Shown piece by piece: positions 52,389 through 64,000 of a stretch of 64,000 nucleotides of DNA; positions within the stretch are counted from its first letter, which is position 1; each line of letters starts with the position of its first letter. Made by a program: the position numbers and the translations under genes. The stretch lies in contig NC_042997.1 of the NCBI RefSeq assembly GCF_006345805.1, forward strand, positions 110,918,001 through 110,982,000. Reading direction: 5' to 3'. The notes below the pieces were generated by a model. It saw only the letters and a list, made by a program, of their open reading frames with translations. It was not told the DNA's origin and did no database searches. Source of the DNA: Octopus sinensis (lineage: Eukaryota).

Positions 52389-52479
52389 CTGCTGGTATGA
52401 AGCATTTACGGGAACACCAAATTGTGCACAGAGACATCAAGCCAGGAAATATTCTCTGCTACAAAGATGAAAGTGGGCG
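52389..52479 (+). CDS. TBK1: TBK1/IKKe-like kinase, coding exon 4 ([31 protein letters not shown])
   Basis: Acceptor tcttcag, donor GTAAGT at 52480, 91 nt, phase 1/2 and frame-compatible with exon 3. HRDIKPGN catalytic loop as in human [22 protein letters not shown]. Confidence 0.96.
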
Positions 52480-54449
52480 GTAAGTTGGATTAAATTCTCT
52501 GCAGAATCTTCACTGCTTGGTTCCTTTTCTTGAAGTTCGTTTTTGACTTCTTTTTTTTTTTTTTATTTGATTTTAGATTTTTATTAGTGCATGGCTGTGT
52601 AATTAAGCATCTTGTTTCCAAACCAAGCGGTTTTGGGTTCCGTCCCGCTGCATGACACCTTGAGCAAATGTCTTCTACTATAGCCCAGAGTCGAATAAAG
52701 CCTTGCAAGTGATTTGGTTGACAGAAACTGAAAGAATTCGATTGTGTGTGTATGTATGTGTATATACATATATATTATATACATCTGTTGATGCTAGTGT
52801 CGGCTGACTGGTCCCGTGCCAGTGGCACATAAAATGCACCATTCGAGTGTGGTCGATGCCAGTACCACCTGAATGGCTCTTGTGCCAGTGGAATGTTAAG
52901 AGCACCTACTACACTCTCGGAGTGGTTGGCGTTAGGAAGAGCATCCAGCTGTAGAAGCATTGCCAGATCGGATTGGAGCCTGATGCAGCCTTCTGGCTCG
53001 CCAGTCCTCAGTCAAACCATCCAACCCATGCCATGGAAAGAGGATGTTAAACAACGACAGTGGTGATGATGATGATGATCTGTGCATGTGTATCCTTGTC
53101 TTGGCATTGTATGATAGTGGACGGTAAAATGGTGGTGGTAGTGGTGGTGGTGGAGGTGGAGGTTTTTGTTGTTTCATAAATTTCTGATTCATTTCTTTTT
53201 ATCTGAAGTGGTGAATGTAGCATGTTATGAAGCCCCTCCTGTGATTAAAGCTACATGTTATGGATTTTATTGAAATTGTTTTTTTAACAAGTTCTTTAAC
53301 TGGTGACTTATTTAATATCTCTATTGTTGGGACACCAAGGAGGCTGTCAAAAGGTAGGCATTCTTGTAACAAGCACCTGTTTTTTGTTGATGATTGAAAT
53401 AGTTATTCTTAGAATGTTTAGCAAAGTCACTCAGTGCCATAATTGACACACTCGTCTTCATGGTGCTAATGACATTGAGAAAAGACAGAAGTATTAGAAT
53501 TTATAATTTTCCTTTCTCCATAAATCTAAGCTTTCTTATCTAATTAAGAATTTAATTATCTCTTTTTTATTGATATTTTTGAAAATAATTATTTCTTTAC
53601 GACCCACAAGGGGCTAAACACAGAGGGGACAAACAAGGACAGACAAACGGATTAAGTCGATTACATCAACCCCAGTGCGTAACTGGTACTTAATTTATCG
53701 ACCCCGAAAGGATGAAAAGCAAAGTCGACCTCGGCGGAATTTGAATTCGGAATGTAATGGCAGACGAAATACAGCTACGCATTTTGCCTGGTGTGCTAAC
53801 ATTTCTGCCAGCTTGCCGCCTTCTTTTTGAAAATAATGTCATGTAAAAGGCACCCGTGCTGGTGCCACGCATGAAGCACCCAGGACACTCTGTAAAGTGG
53901 TTGGCATAAGGAAGAGCACCCAGCCATAGAAACCTTGCCAAAACAGACACGATGAAGAAGAAAAAGATGATGTTAAGGATATAGATATCATCATCATCAT
54001 TACAGCATGAAGACACACATTACCCATTCAAAACACACAAAGACTGTTTACTTTACTTAATTGTTGATTATTTTGTGCCAAAATCTTTTGTCGTGCAAAC
54101 AGTAACCTCATCACTGACAAACTGACACCTCCTCTCTCATCAGTGACCAGGTCACAGGATGCATGATGAGAATTTCGACATCCTATAACAAATGACAAAT
54201 GTTCAACTGAACTTAAGTCTTTCGTGTACTTTTAAATGGCTAAAGTGTCTATTTTAGTTTTAACTCATGGTCTCAGATCGACCATGCTTTAATGGTACTT
54301 TTTGCATGCCACCAGCACAGGTGCCAGTCAGGTGGAACTGGCATCGACCATGACAATTATTTCACTTGACTTGACAGGTCTTCGTAAGCACAGTTTATTG
54401 CCCAATGATTGAAGGGTAACTTAAACGGGCCAGTTATGCTGCACTATCT

Positions 54450-54990
54450 TTTATGGCTTTCAGCCAGGGGCTGAGGCCATGCTGGTGCACTGCCTTTACT
54501 GTGTCCAGAGATTTTTCCAGTATTGCTTCTGGGGAAGTAGTGAGTGAGTTAGATGTTGCCGTTCTTCTTTGTGCCTTATGTCACGATGTGGGTTCATCCG
54601 GAACTGCAGATAAAAAGCTGTCTGGACGTTTTTTGAAGCCTTCCATGTCTATACCTTGCAGATCCTTGATGTTCTGTGGTAGGGCATTAAGATGTTGTGG
54701 TCTCTTGAATCCCAAGCTATTACAATATTGGGTTTGTATCCTCGATGGAAAAGATGGGACCTTTTGTACTGTGCAGTGCCGTCCAATTCAGGGATTGTTG
54801 TAGATTTCAATACCAAAATTTGGATCCAGACCCTCCATTATTTGCCACATGTATAGCACTGTATATCCCTCATGTCTCCTCTCCAGGGAGTGGAGTCCCA
54901 GCTCCCTCGATCTCTCCTAGTAGCCCATGAGTCTCTCTTCTTTGTGAAGTGGCGTTGGACTGTTTCTAGTTCTGCAATTAGTTTTACTCT
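54450..54990 (-). mobile_element. CR1-group LINE 3' fragment
   Basis: LIAELETVQRHFTKK and FNALPQNIKDL..FKKRPDSFLSAVPDEP-type C-terminus. Confidence 0.8.
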
Positions 54991-55359
54991 CTGGGGGAGA
55001 CCACAGCTGGGAGCAGCAGTCCAGACAACTGCGGGCAAAGGTTCTCCAAAGCAGAAGCATTGTGTCTCTGTTCACACACCCACACACACATGACTGAGGC
55101 TTCTCTCAGTTTCCATCTACCAAATCCACTCACAAGTCTATGATAGAAGACATTTGACCAAGTCACTATGCAGTGGGACTGAAACCAGAACCATGTGGTT
55201 GGGAAGCAAACTTCTTACCACACAGCTACACCCATATTCTTTTTTTTTTATTCTTTTACTTGTTTCAGTCATTTGACTGTGGCCTGCTGAGCACTGCTTT
55301 AGTCGAGCAAATCAACCCCAGGACTTATTCTTTGTAAGCCTAGTACTTATTCTATCGGT

Positions 55360-55459
55360 NNNNNNNNNNNNNNNNNNNNNNNNNNNNNNNNNNNNNNNNN
55401 NNNNNNNNNNNNNNNNNNNNNNNNNNNNNNNNNNNNNNNNNNNNNNNNNNNNNNNNNNN
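55360..55459. other. Assembly gap (100 N)
   Basis: N run between a truncated SINE and a TA microsatellite. Confidence 1.
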
Positions 55460-55509
55460 CTATATATATATATATATATATACATGTATATATATATATA
55501 CATGTATAT

Positions 55510-55581
<72 letters not shown>

Positions 55582-55611
55582 ATATATATATACATGTATA
55601 TATGTATATCT

Positions 55612-57650
55612 GCACTGTGAGGACCAAAGACTGGAGGTGTTTCACGATGCAAGACAGTGTGTGAGAGAGAATTGTGATGTGGTAGGAAAGAAGTGTGTTC
55701 GCATGGAAGATGGTTCACTTGCGCTAAATGAGGATGCAAAGAGAGAGGTTTGGAGACGCCACTATGAAAGGTTGCTGAATAAAGAAAATGAATGGGATAA
55801 AGAGAGTCTGCCGAATGTTGACCCAACAGAGGGACCAGCTATCCGAGTTGACAGTTCCTTGGTAGTTAAGGCAATTAGAAGCATGAAGACAGAGAAAGCC
55901 CCAGACCCATCAGGAATCAATGCAGAGATGCTCAAAATATCTGGTAGTGTTGGCTATAGCCTAGTCACCCGTATAGTTAATCAGGTGATACACGAAGGAG
56001 TCATACCCAATGACTGGTGTAGCAGCATAATAGTCAACTGCTACAAAGGTTAAGGTGACGCCCTAGATACAAATAATTACAGAGGTATCAAGCTGTTGGA
56101 TCAGGTGATGAAGGTTACGGAGAGGGTCATAGCCCAACTAATTAGAGAGAGAGTTAGTTTAGATGAGATGCAGTTTGGGTTCGTGCCAGGGAAAAGTACC
56201 ACTGATGCTATATTCCTGGTAAGGCAGCTGCAGGAGAAATACCTAGCCAAAGATAAGCCCCTGTACCTGGCTTTTGTTGACATGGAGAAAGCCTTCGACA
56301 GGGTCACCCGATCCCTTATCTGGTGGTCAATGAGGAAACTAGGGATAGATGAATGGTTAGTGAAAGCTGCGCAAGCCATGTACAGAGACGATGCTAGTAA
56401 GGTGAGGGTTGGCAACGAGTACAGTGAAGAATTCCGGGTAGAGGTTGGGGTCCACCAAGGTTCAGTCCTCAGTCCCCTCCTATTTATCATAGTCCTCCAG
56501 GCAATAACGGAGGAATTCAAGACAGGATGCACCTGGGAGCTCCTCTATGCTGATGACCTTGCTCTAATTGCTGAGTCACTATCAGAACTGGAGGAGAAGT
56601 TTCAGGTGTGGAAGCAAGGTTTAGAATCGAAGGGCCTTAGAATCAACCTAGCCAAAACCAAAGTCCTAATAAGTAGGAAGGTAGACCAATCACAAACGCC
56701 TTCAGGTAGATGGCCCTGCTCGATCTGTAAAAAAGGCGTAGGTAGAAACACTATAAGGTGCACCAAGTGTAAGCTATGGACACATAAGAGGTGTAGCAAT
56801 GTCAAAGGAAGGCTAACTAGGAAAATAGTTTTTGTCTGTGGCAGATGCTCAGGAGCAATAAACACTGAAAATGTGCAGAGACCAACTTTTACCACGTTCC
56901 AGCGAGAAAAACTAGAAGTAGTTGATAGCTTCCGCTACCTAGGTGACCAAGTCAGTAGTGGGGGTGGGTGTGCTGAAAGTGTAACTGCTAGAGTAAGAAT
57001 AGCCTGGGCAAAGTTTAGAGAGCTCTTACCCCTGCTGGTGACAAAATGCCTCTTGCTCAGTGTAAAAGGCAGGCTGTATGATGCATGTGTACGTACAGCC
57101 ATGCTACATGGTAGTGAAACATGGGCTGTAACTGCTGAGGATATGCGTAAGCTCGCAAGAAATGAAGCCAGTATGCTCCGATGGATGTGTAATGTCAGTG
57201 TTCATAATCGACAGAGTGTAAGTACCTTGAGAGAAAAGTTGGACCTAAAAAGCATCAGTTGTGGTGTGCAAGAGAGACGTTTGCGCTGGTATGGTCATGT
57301 GACAAGAATGGCTGACGATAGTTGTGTGCAAAAGTGCCACACCCTAGCAGTTGAGGGAACCTGTGGAAGAGGTAGACCCAGGAAAACCTGGGATGACGTG
57401 GTGAAGCACGACCTTCGAACTTTAGGTCTCACCAAGGAAATGACTAGAGACCGAGACCTATGGAAGTATGCTGTGCGTGAGAAGACCCGGCAAGACTAGT
57501 GAGACCATAACCCGTGGCCTCTACCTGGTATGTAGCCAGTCGACTTATACATACCTTCCCTTCTTGGGACACAAAACTCCACTTGTGAAGACCCGTTGAG
57601 GCAAGTGAAAATCAAAAAATCAAAATCAAAATCAAACCAAATCAAATCAG
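55612..57650 (+). mobile_element. RTE-group LINE, 5'-truncated, near-intact RT with a Cys-rich PHD-like insertion
   Basis: KAPDPSG, one TAA at 56051-56053, then a 467-aa ORF: QFGFVPG, FVDMEKAFD, HQGSVLSP, LYADD, CSIC..CTKC..HKRC..CGRC, LRWYGHV. (aaaatc)n tail. Confidence 0.95.
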
Positions 57651-58175
57651 ATATCAGAAAGCAGAGCCAAAATCGAAGTCGATCAACATCAACAGAAATT
57701 GCAGCTGTGATACCAGTGCTGGTGACAAGTAAGCGAACCATCCGATCGTGGCCATTGCCAGCGCCACCCCGACTGGCCTCCGTGCCGGTAGCATGTAAAA
57801 AGCACCATCCGTTAGTGGCCGTTGCCAGCCTCGCCTGGCCCCCATGCTGGTGGCACATAGCACCATCTGTTCGTGGCCGTTGCCAGCCTCACCTGGCCCC
57901 CGTGCCGGTGGCACGTAAAAAGCACCATCCGTTCGTGGCCGTTTGCCAGCTCCGTCTGGCACCTGTGCGGGTGGCACGTAAAAAGCACCCACTACACTCA
58001 CGGAGTGGTTGGCGTTAGGAACAGCATCCAGCCGTAGAAACACTGCCAGATCAGACTGGGCCTGATGCAGCCTTCTGGCTTCACAGACCCCAGTTGAACC
58101 GTCCAACCCATGCTAGCATGGAAAGCGGATGCTAAATGAAATGATGATGAATGATGATATATATATATATAAATG

Positions 58176-58210
<35 letters not shown>

Positions 58211-58555
58211 ATATGTATATTACTTCCAGTTTTCGTAGAGGAAAGATATGTTTGCTTTTGCTCTGTGAAAAAACAGAAAGGTTTGCATAAATCGACGAAA
58301 TATTCTACTAAAAGTAACAAAAAGTAGAACTTGTTAACTCATAAAGTCTACTAAAATACATTAATTGAAAATATATTAATTATAAACGTAATATATTTCG
58401 CTTGAAGCCAAATATAATACAGTAACTTGAGTTACGCATGCTAGAATCTTCACCGAAAAGCACATGGTGGCAAGTCTTTCTGTTGTGAAAGAAAATTTCT
58501 TCGTACAAGCACGAGGGTTTGGACTGTACCTTTCAAGATAAGTATCGCATGCAAT

Positions 58556-58805
58556 TGTCTGTTTATTAATTTTTTAAGCCAACATCTCAGTTACGATTGT
58601 TTGTTTATTAATTTTTTAATCTAACATCTCAGTTACGATTGTTTGTCTATTAATTTTTTAAGTTAACATCTCAGTTACGATTGTTTGTTTATTAATTTTT
58701 TAAGCTAACATCTCAGTTACGATTGTTTGTTTATTAAATTTTTTAGGCTAACATCTCAGTTACGATTGTTTGTTTATTAAAGTTTTAAGCTTACATCTCA
58801 GTTAC
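58556..58805. repeat. 42-bp minisatellite, ~6 copies
   Basis: Unit ttgtttgtttattaattttttaagctaacatctcagttacga. acatctcag at 58582, 58624, 58666, 58708, 58751 and 58793. Confidence 0.95.
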
Positions 58806-59303
58806 ATATCTTACTCTTTTTCTTATCTCCCCTCCTCCCTTTCATATCCTCCTCTTTTCTCATTTCTCTTTCCTTTCCATCTTACATCTACCTCTCCTCT
58901 CATCACCTCACCCTCTCTCTCATATACTTCTCATCCGCCCATTCTTCTCACTCCGTCTCTCCCTCTCTCTCACATCCTTCATTCTGTCTCTCTTTCTCTT
59001 GCTATCCTCTCCTCCCCTGTTTCTCTTTCTCTTCCCCTCCTCTCCTTCACTCTGCCTCTCTTTCTCTTCCCCTTCAATTCCCTTCCTCTCCCCCTCCCCT
59101 ACCTTCCGCTATCTTTTTAACACACCACACCCCCTTGCTTTCCTCCTATCACCCTCTCGATTTCTTTCATAGCACCTCTCTCTTTCCTTCCTACCTCCCT
59201 CTCTCTTTCCCTATTTCCCTCCTCTGTGTTTCTCCGTCTCTACCTCTCTCTATCCCTCATTATCTCTCTAGCCTCTACTCCCCCTCTGGATCTCAAAACG
59301 AAG

Positions 59304-60200
59304 ATGGCACCAAAGTGGGAAAAGAAAGAGTTAAATCTTCTGCTGAGAGCATGGATGATTGCTAGTGGCGATCCGCCGAACAACATCATCACTGCCACGC
59401 TAAAAAACAATTGTTTTCATAGAACCATTGACCAGATAGAGCAGAAGAAAAATGAGTTTATCCGGTCTTACATGCTTATAAGACCACACATCAAAACACT
59501 GGACAACATAATTGAAAATTATTGTGACAAAGCTGATGAGGATGAAGAGGACGAAAAAGAGAAGGAAGCCGGATGTCTCTGTGATCCAGGGGTTCCTCAG
59601 GAAAATGGATCACCTACCCCGGTGAACGACCAAGTAGTGAAGGACAGGGGAGCCAAGGGAGCAGAAACCGGAAGCCCCCTTGTACCAGTGGTCCTACGAA
59701 GAAATGAAAAATTAGAAAAACAGAAGAAAAAAGGAAGGACTGAAAACAAAAATAAGGAGGAAAAAGGCAAAACAACCAAAGCTGAAACCCCAACCCACCA
59801 CACAAACAGCAGAAAACCCCATGGAGGATCCAATGCCACCCAGTACACTTCAGGAAAGAAGAAATCTGGAAGGCACCGAAGAACCTGTAAGTTCTACCTG
59901 CGGGGCAAATGTTGGCATGGTGAGGACGGCAGAAACTGCCGGTTCGCCCACCCGACACCCCGCCAGAACTTCAGGGGACTCAAAGAGAAAAACTTTACCG
60001 AGGGAACACAAGAAATGTCTCCCAGGAAAACTTTCAAAAACGAAGTGCGCTCCTCAGATGTTCTGCGCAACGCAGCAGCTGAGCAAGAGTCTTTTTTATG
60101 CATGGCAAAAAGAATTATCCGGCAGCTAACCTGGCTACACCAAGCACAGAGAAGGAACCCTGACCACCACAGTCAACAGACACAGGATGGCCTCCCCTAA
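59304..60200 (+). CDS. LINE ORF1, 298 aa, Myb/SANT(trihelix)-like N-terminus + CCCH zinc finger
   Basis: Uninterrupted ATG(59304)-TAA(60200). KWEKKELNLLLRAW...I..TL...FHRTIDQIEQK...Y and CKFYLRGKCWHGEDGRNCRFAH. Directly precedes ORF2. Confidence 0.75.
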   Translation: MAPKWEKKELNLLLRAWMIASGDPPNNIITATLKNNCFHRTIDQIEQKKNEFIRSYMLIRPHIKTLDNIIENYCDKADEDEEDEKEKEAGCLCDPGVPQENGSPTPVNDQVVKDRGAKGAETGSPLVPVVLRRNEKLEKQKKKGRTENKNKEEKGKTTKAETPTHHTNSRKPHGGSNATQYTSGKKKSGRHRRTCKFYLRGKCWHGEDGRNCRFAHPTPRQNFRGLKEKNFTEGTQEMSPRKTFKNEVRSSDVLRNAAAEQESFLCMAKRIIRQLTWLHQAQRRNPDHHSQQTQDGLP

Positions 60201-60204
60201 CGCC

Positions 60205-62020
60205 TGCACAGCCGTCACCCCAATACTTTTACTAAATATTGGGGGTCTGTTGCATCAAAATAGAAACAAAATTTCTTTCCTGAGAGATCTTACTGCATGA
60301 AATCAAGCCCTATGCATAGCACTTGTGGAAACTCACCTCAACCCTGATATAGAGGACGTAGAAGTACACATACCAAACTATGCCATACTGCGAACAGACA
60401 GAAGGGAAAGGAGCCATGGTGGAGTTGCTGTATACATCCGAGATGACCTCACACCCCAGGTCTTGATGACATACTCAAATTCGGTATGTGACACCTTAAT
60501 TGTATACATAAGACAACATAATAGTCATATGCAATACATATTGCCCACCGGATGCCCCAAATCACATAGGCAAGTTTGAAGATTGCCTCACAAGAATTAA
60601 GAAATCCTCATGAATCTGGAACACCACGTGACCATATTTCTTATGGGTGATTTCAACTTCCCCAACGTCAAATGGCACGAAGGTCACATACTCTCAGGAA
60701 TGAATCATTGCAAGCAAGTACAGGTGGAGTCCCTGCTCAACCTCACTAATGCCTTATTCATGGAACAAGTTGTACTCAAGCCAACTAGGGCAAATAACAT
60801 TCTGGATCTCTGCTTCACGAACAATATGGACATCATTCATGATGTGAAAGTGACACCGACATCAGCTTCTTTCATTACGCGAAAGAAACAGTCTCAGTGC
60901 ACTACAAGATAGGACCCCTCCTCCCAAAGGATGGCTCCCTCACAGACAGTCCAACTATGATCAGTGAGATGCTGAATGACCAGTTCAAAAGTGTCTTTAC
61001 CATCCCGTTGGAACAGACAAGTGAACGAACCAGTGGACTTCTTTGCCGCCTCACCTACAACCAGCGAGGCGGTTACAATAGAATGTATTGACATTAGCGA
61101 AAAAGATGTCCTACTAGTTATAGATGAAGTGGACACAAACTCAGCTGCTGGTCCAGATGGTTTCCCAGCCATCCTCCTCAAAGCATGTAAGTATGCCCTG
61201 GCAAAACCCCTCAAGATTCTCTTCCAGAGCTTTCTTGCGAATGGCAAACTGCCAAGCAAGCTGAAGGAGGGAATAATATGCCCAATACATAAAGGGGGAA
61301 GTAGAGCAGATGCCAAAAACTATAGGCCTATCTCTCTGACTTCACACATCAGCAAAGTCATGGAACGGATAGTCAGAAAGAAACTAATCGCATTCCTTGA
61401 GGAAAATAACTTGCTGAGTGATACCCAGCATGGTTTTCGACCAGGTAGGAGCTGCCTGACCCAGCTCTTACAGCATTATGACTGGGTGTTGAGGCAGTTA
61501 CTCAACAAATCAAATGTGGATGTAATCTACCTTGATTTTGCAAAAGCTTTTGACAAGGTGGATCATGGTATGATATGCCACAAACTACATGACCTCGGCA
61601 TAGCTGGAAAACTTGGAGTGTGGTTGCATGACTTCCTGAAAGATAGGAGTCAGGCAGTAGTGGTTAATGTTGCCACCTCTATGAACACAAATAGTGAGCA
61701 GTGTTCCACAGGGCACTGTCTTGGGACCACTGCTTTTTATAGTGGCCCTCTCAGATATGCCCGGATAGCCACTCTGGCCAGCTATGCAGACAATACGAAA
61801 GTCTCGCAGAAAATACAGAACCCCAGCAATGTTCCACACCTGTAGCAGGAGTTGGACTCAATCTACAGATGGGCTGAGGATAATAATATGCAGTTTAATG
61901 CTGAAAAGTTCCAGGCCCTGCGCTACCAGCATCCAAACCTGAATATTAAACTTACAGGATACACCGGTCCACAGAGAATTTCAATCCCAGAGCCTAAGTC
62001 TGTGAGGGACCTGGGTATTG
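60205..62020 (+). mobile_element. CR1-group LINE ORF2 (APE + RT), disrupted and internally deleted
   Basis: LLNIGGL, ETHL, HGGVAVY, MGDFNFP, NILDL, AAGPDG, NYRPISLTS, YLDFAKAFDKVDH, YADNTK, VRDLGI, with stops and frameshifts. Confidence 0.93.
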
Positions 62021-62296
62021 ACGGCTGGTACAGTAGTAATTCCTGGAGCTTTCTTCAAGGTTGTCAAGCAACTTGTGCTTTTTTTTTGGTTTTCACATTT
62101 TTGAAAATTTTATAAAGTTCTCTCAGTCAAAATAAATGGCCTTCTACTGCACTCGTCTTATGAACTGGCTGGTATTTTCTAAGATAGCACTGCCAGGTGT
62201 GCGTATATCCTTCAGCGAAATGTCTAGTGTAATCTTGTTCATCTTCCTAAAAGCACTGATTTCCCAGTATGGGAGGTTTTGGTAGGTTATGTTTAA

Positions 62297-63270
62297 CCCT
62301 TTCGTTACCAAACTGCCCGTAATTACCTATTCATATTTAAATGAGAATATCAGAGCAAATCTCTTTAGTACATTCGTGAAAACACGTGATTATACTTCGT
62401 AAACAGTTCATCTATAGTTTTGTACAACGATCGAAGTGTAATTTTAATTCCGTGAATTTTGGGAGATTTTTTTCCCAAATTTGTTCCTATTGTGTTTTCA
62501 AAATTTGTAATTCTGACAAAAAATGGATACAAATTCCATTATATCAAGCAGCAAGTCAGAATTCGAAGGATTTTCTACTAAAGACCTTCATAAATCTAAC
62601 TCTATGACTGAAAAAAAAAAAAAGCACGTGGTATTTGATTATGAATCCGAGAGCTCTGACAGCGATTAAGAAAATGAATTGGCACCTGAATGGAGTGAAA
62701 ATTTTAAAACTGTTTCTTTCAGTGATTTTTCTGAAGAAACTGGACCAAGCCACAGTCTTTCCCAGGAGAGTAAAGCCTTAGACTACTCCTATTTACTTTT
62801 TCGAATAAGCCTATTTGAATTGAAATCATTACGGCGGAAACAAACCGTTACGCTAAATGTAAACAAAGCGAAAGGATAGTTTGTGGTTTCCCACAACCTT
62901 AAATGAAATTAAGGCCTATTTTGCCATAAATATTATCATGGGTATCAGAAAGTTACCCAGAATAACAAACTCTATAGTAAAATTTTGTTGTATACCCAAT
63001 TGAATATTAGCTAATAACCCATTTTCTATAGCGATGTTTGAACAAAAATTTTAATTTTATATTTTGTTGAATTTACCTGCAATTAGAGTCACTTTGTGAC
63101 AAAAATTATAGTATAGAACCTTTCATTAAATTATCTTCCAAAAATCATAATATATTGATAAATAAAAGTTATAGTTGTTTAATGAAACCAGACTAAATTT
63201 ATGATTATGTTAGAAACTAATTGAAACACATAAGGGGTGTATTTTGGTCAGAAATATAGTAACGAAAGGG
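62297..63270 (+). mobile_element. Non-autonomous piggyBac element
   Basis: TTAA|CCCTTTCGTTAC ... GTAACGAAAGGG|TTAA, with transposase remnant TTLNEIKAYFAINIIMGIRKLP at ~62893-62960. Confidence 0.92.
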
Positions 63271-64000
63271 TTAAAATTAGAGTTTAGACAGGAGACTTTA
63301 AAATGTCATGTCCAAACCTTATTTTGGGTATATCCCTAGCAGTGTGCTCTGAAAGCATGGTCACCACTTACGGTTGCCAGGTGTCCACTAAGGTACTGCA
63401 TTTTAGTTTGCGGATCTAATTAAGGAATTCCTTGGTGCACGTTTAGTATATTTTAAATAACTGATAGTGAAGACAGAGTGTAGTAAGCACATGTAGCAAT
63501 GTTGTGAATTTAAACTTATAGATCAATTCAAATATATTTGGGACAGATTTAACCTGTAAAAAAAAAAAAAAAAAAAAAAACCTATTTTCACTGGTTTAGG
63601 CAAAAGGTGTCAAAAACACCAAATCATTTCAGAGCAAACTGTTGACCGACGAATTCCATTTCAAGCTTCTGCATACCAAGAAAACAACTCTCTTGAATTC
63701 ACAACACTGTTTTAAGTTCATTCTGAGTATAAGAATAAGAACCCAGTACTACAACATTCTGCCAAACAACCTCAAGAGATTTGCCAGATTTACAAATGGC
63801 AGACTTTAAAACAAAGTCTGTATAAATTTTTATGAGATACCAGTTGAATCCAGAAACAGCACAGAAAAGAAACTCAAACACTCTGAAAGAATGGTGCTCA
63901 AGCATGGCCTTAGCCTCCGAATAAGGCCAGTAAAAGAGTCTGGCAGCATTGCTTGTAGGTCCACGTATAGATTTTGGTGATTTTTCTTTCAAGAAGTTAT

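Noticed and set aside
63600-64000. Possible downstream kinase exon or the 97-aa minus-strand ORF
   Set aside because: No KLTDFG motif. The plus strand looks like a decayed CR1-type 3' end (YNILPNNLK...FKTK).

Overview
AT-rich, repeat-dense eukaryotic DNA. The repeat families (tRNA/CORE-type SINEs, RTE, CR1 and Penelope retroelements, Helitron ends, TA/CA microsatellites) point to a coleoid cephalopod, probably Octopus; this is inferred, not shown by alignment. The only host gene I can reconstruct is the 5' part of a + strand TBK1/IKK-epsilon-family kinase: four coding exons (33546-33647, 46842-46982, 47149-47278, 52389-52479) that splice in frame through the G-loop, VAVK lysine, alphaC glutamate and HRDIKPGN loop. 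The DFG exon is not visible in the window. About 6.5 kb upstream lies a candidate ISRE + TATA + Inr promoter with a short first exon. Everything else is transposon-derived or simple repeat. The most unusual items are an ORF1-only TSD-flanked LINE derivative, a CR1-group LINE with an open Myb/SANT-like + CCCH ORF1, an RTE with twin-priming 5' inversion geometry, Penelope-associated hammerhead motifs, a two-length SINE-derived tandem array, MITEs with clean TSDs and a solo LTR. There is one 100-N gap. Most ORFs in the supplied track are microsatellite or TE noise. I found no CRISPR array, rRNA or genuine tRNA gene.
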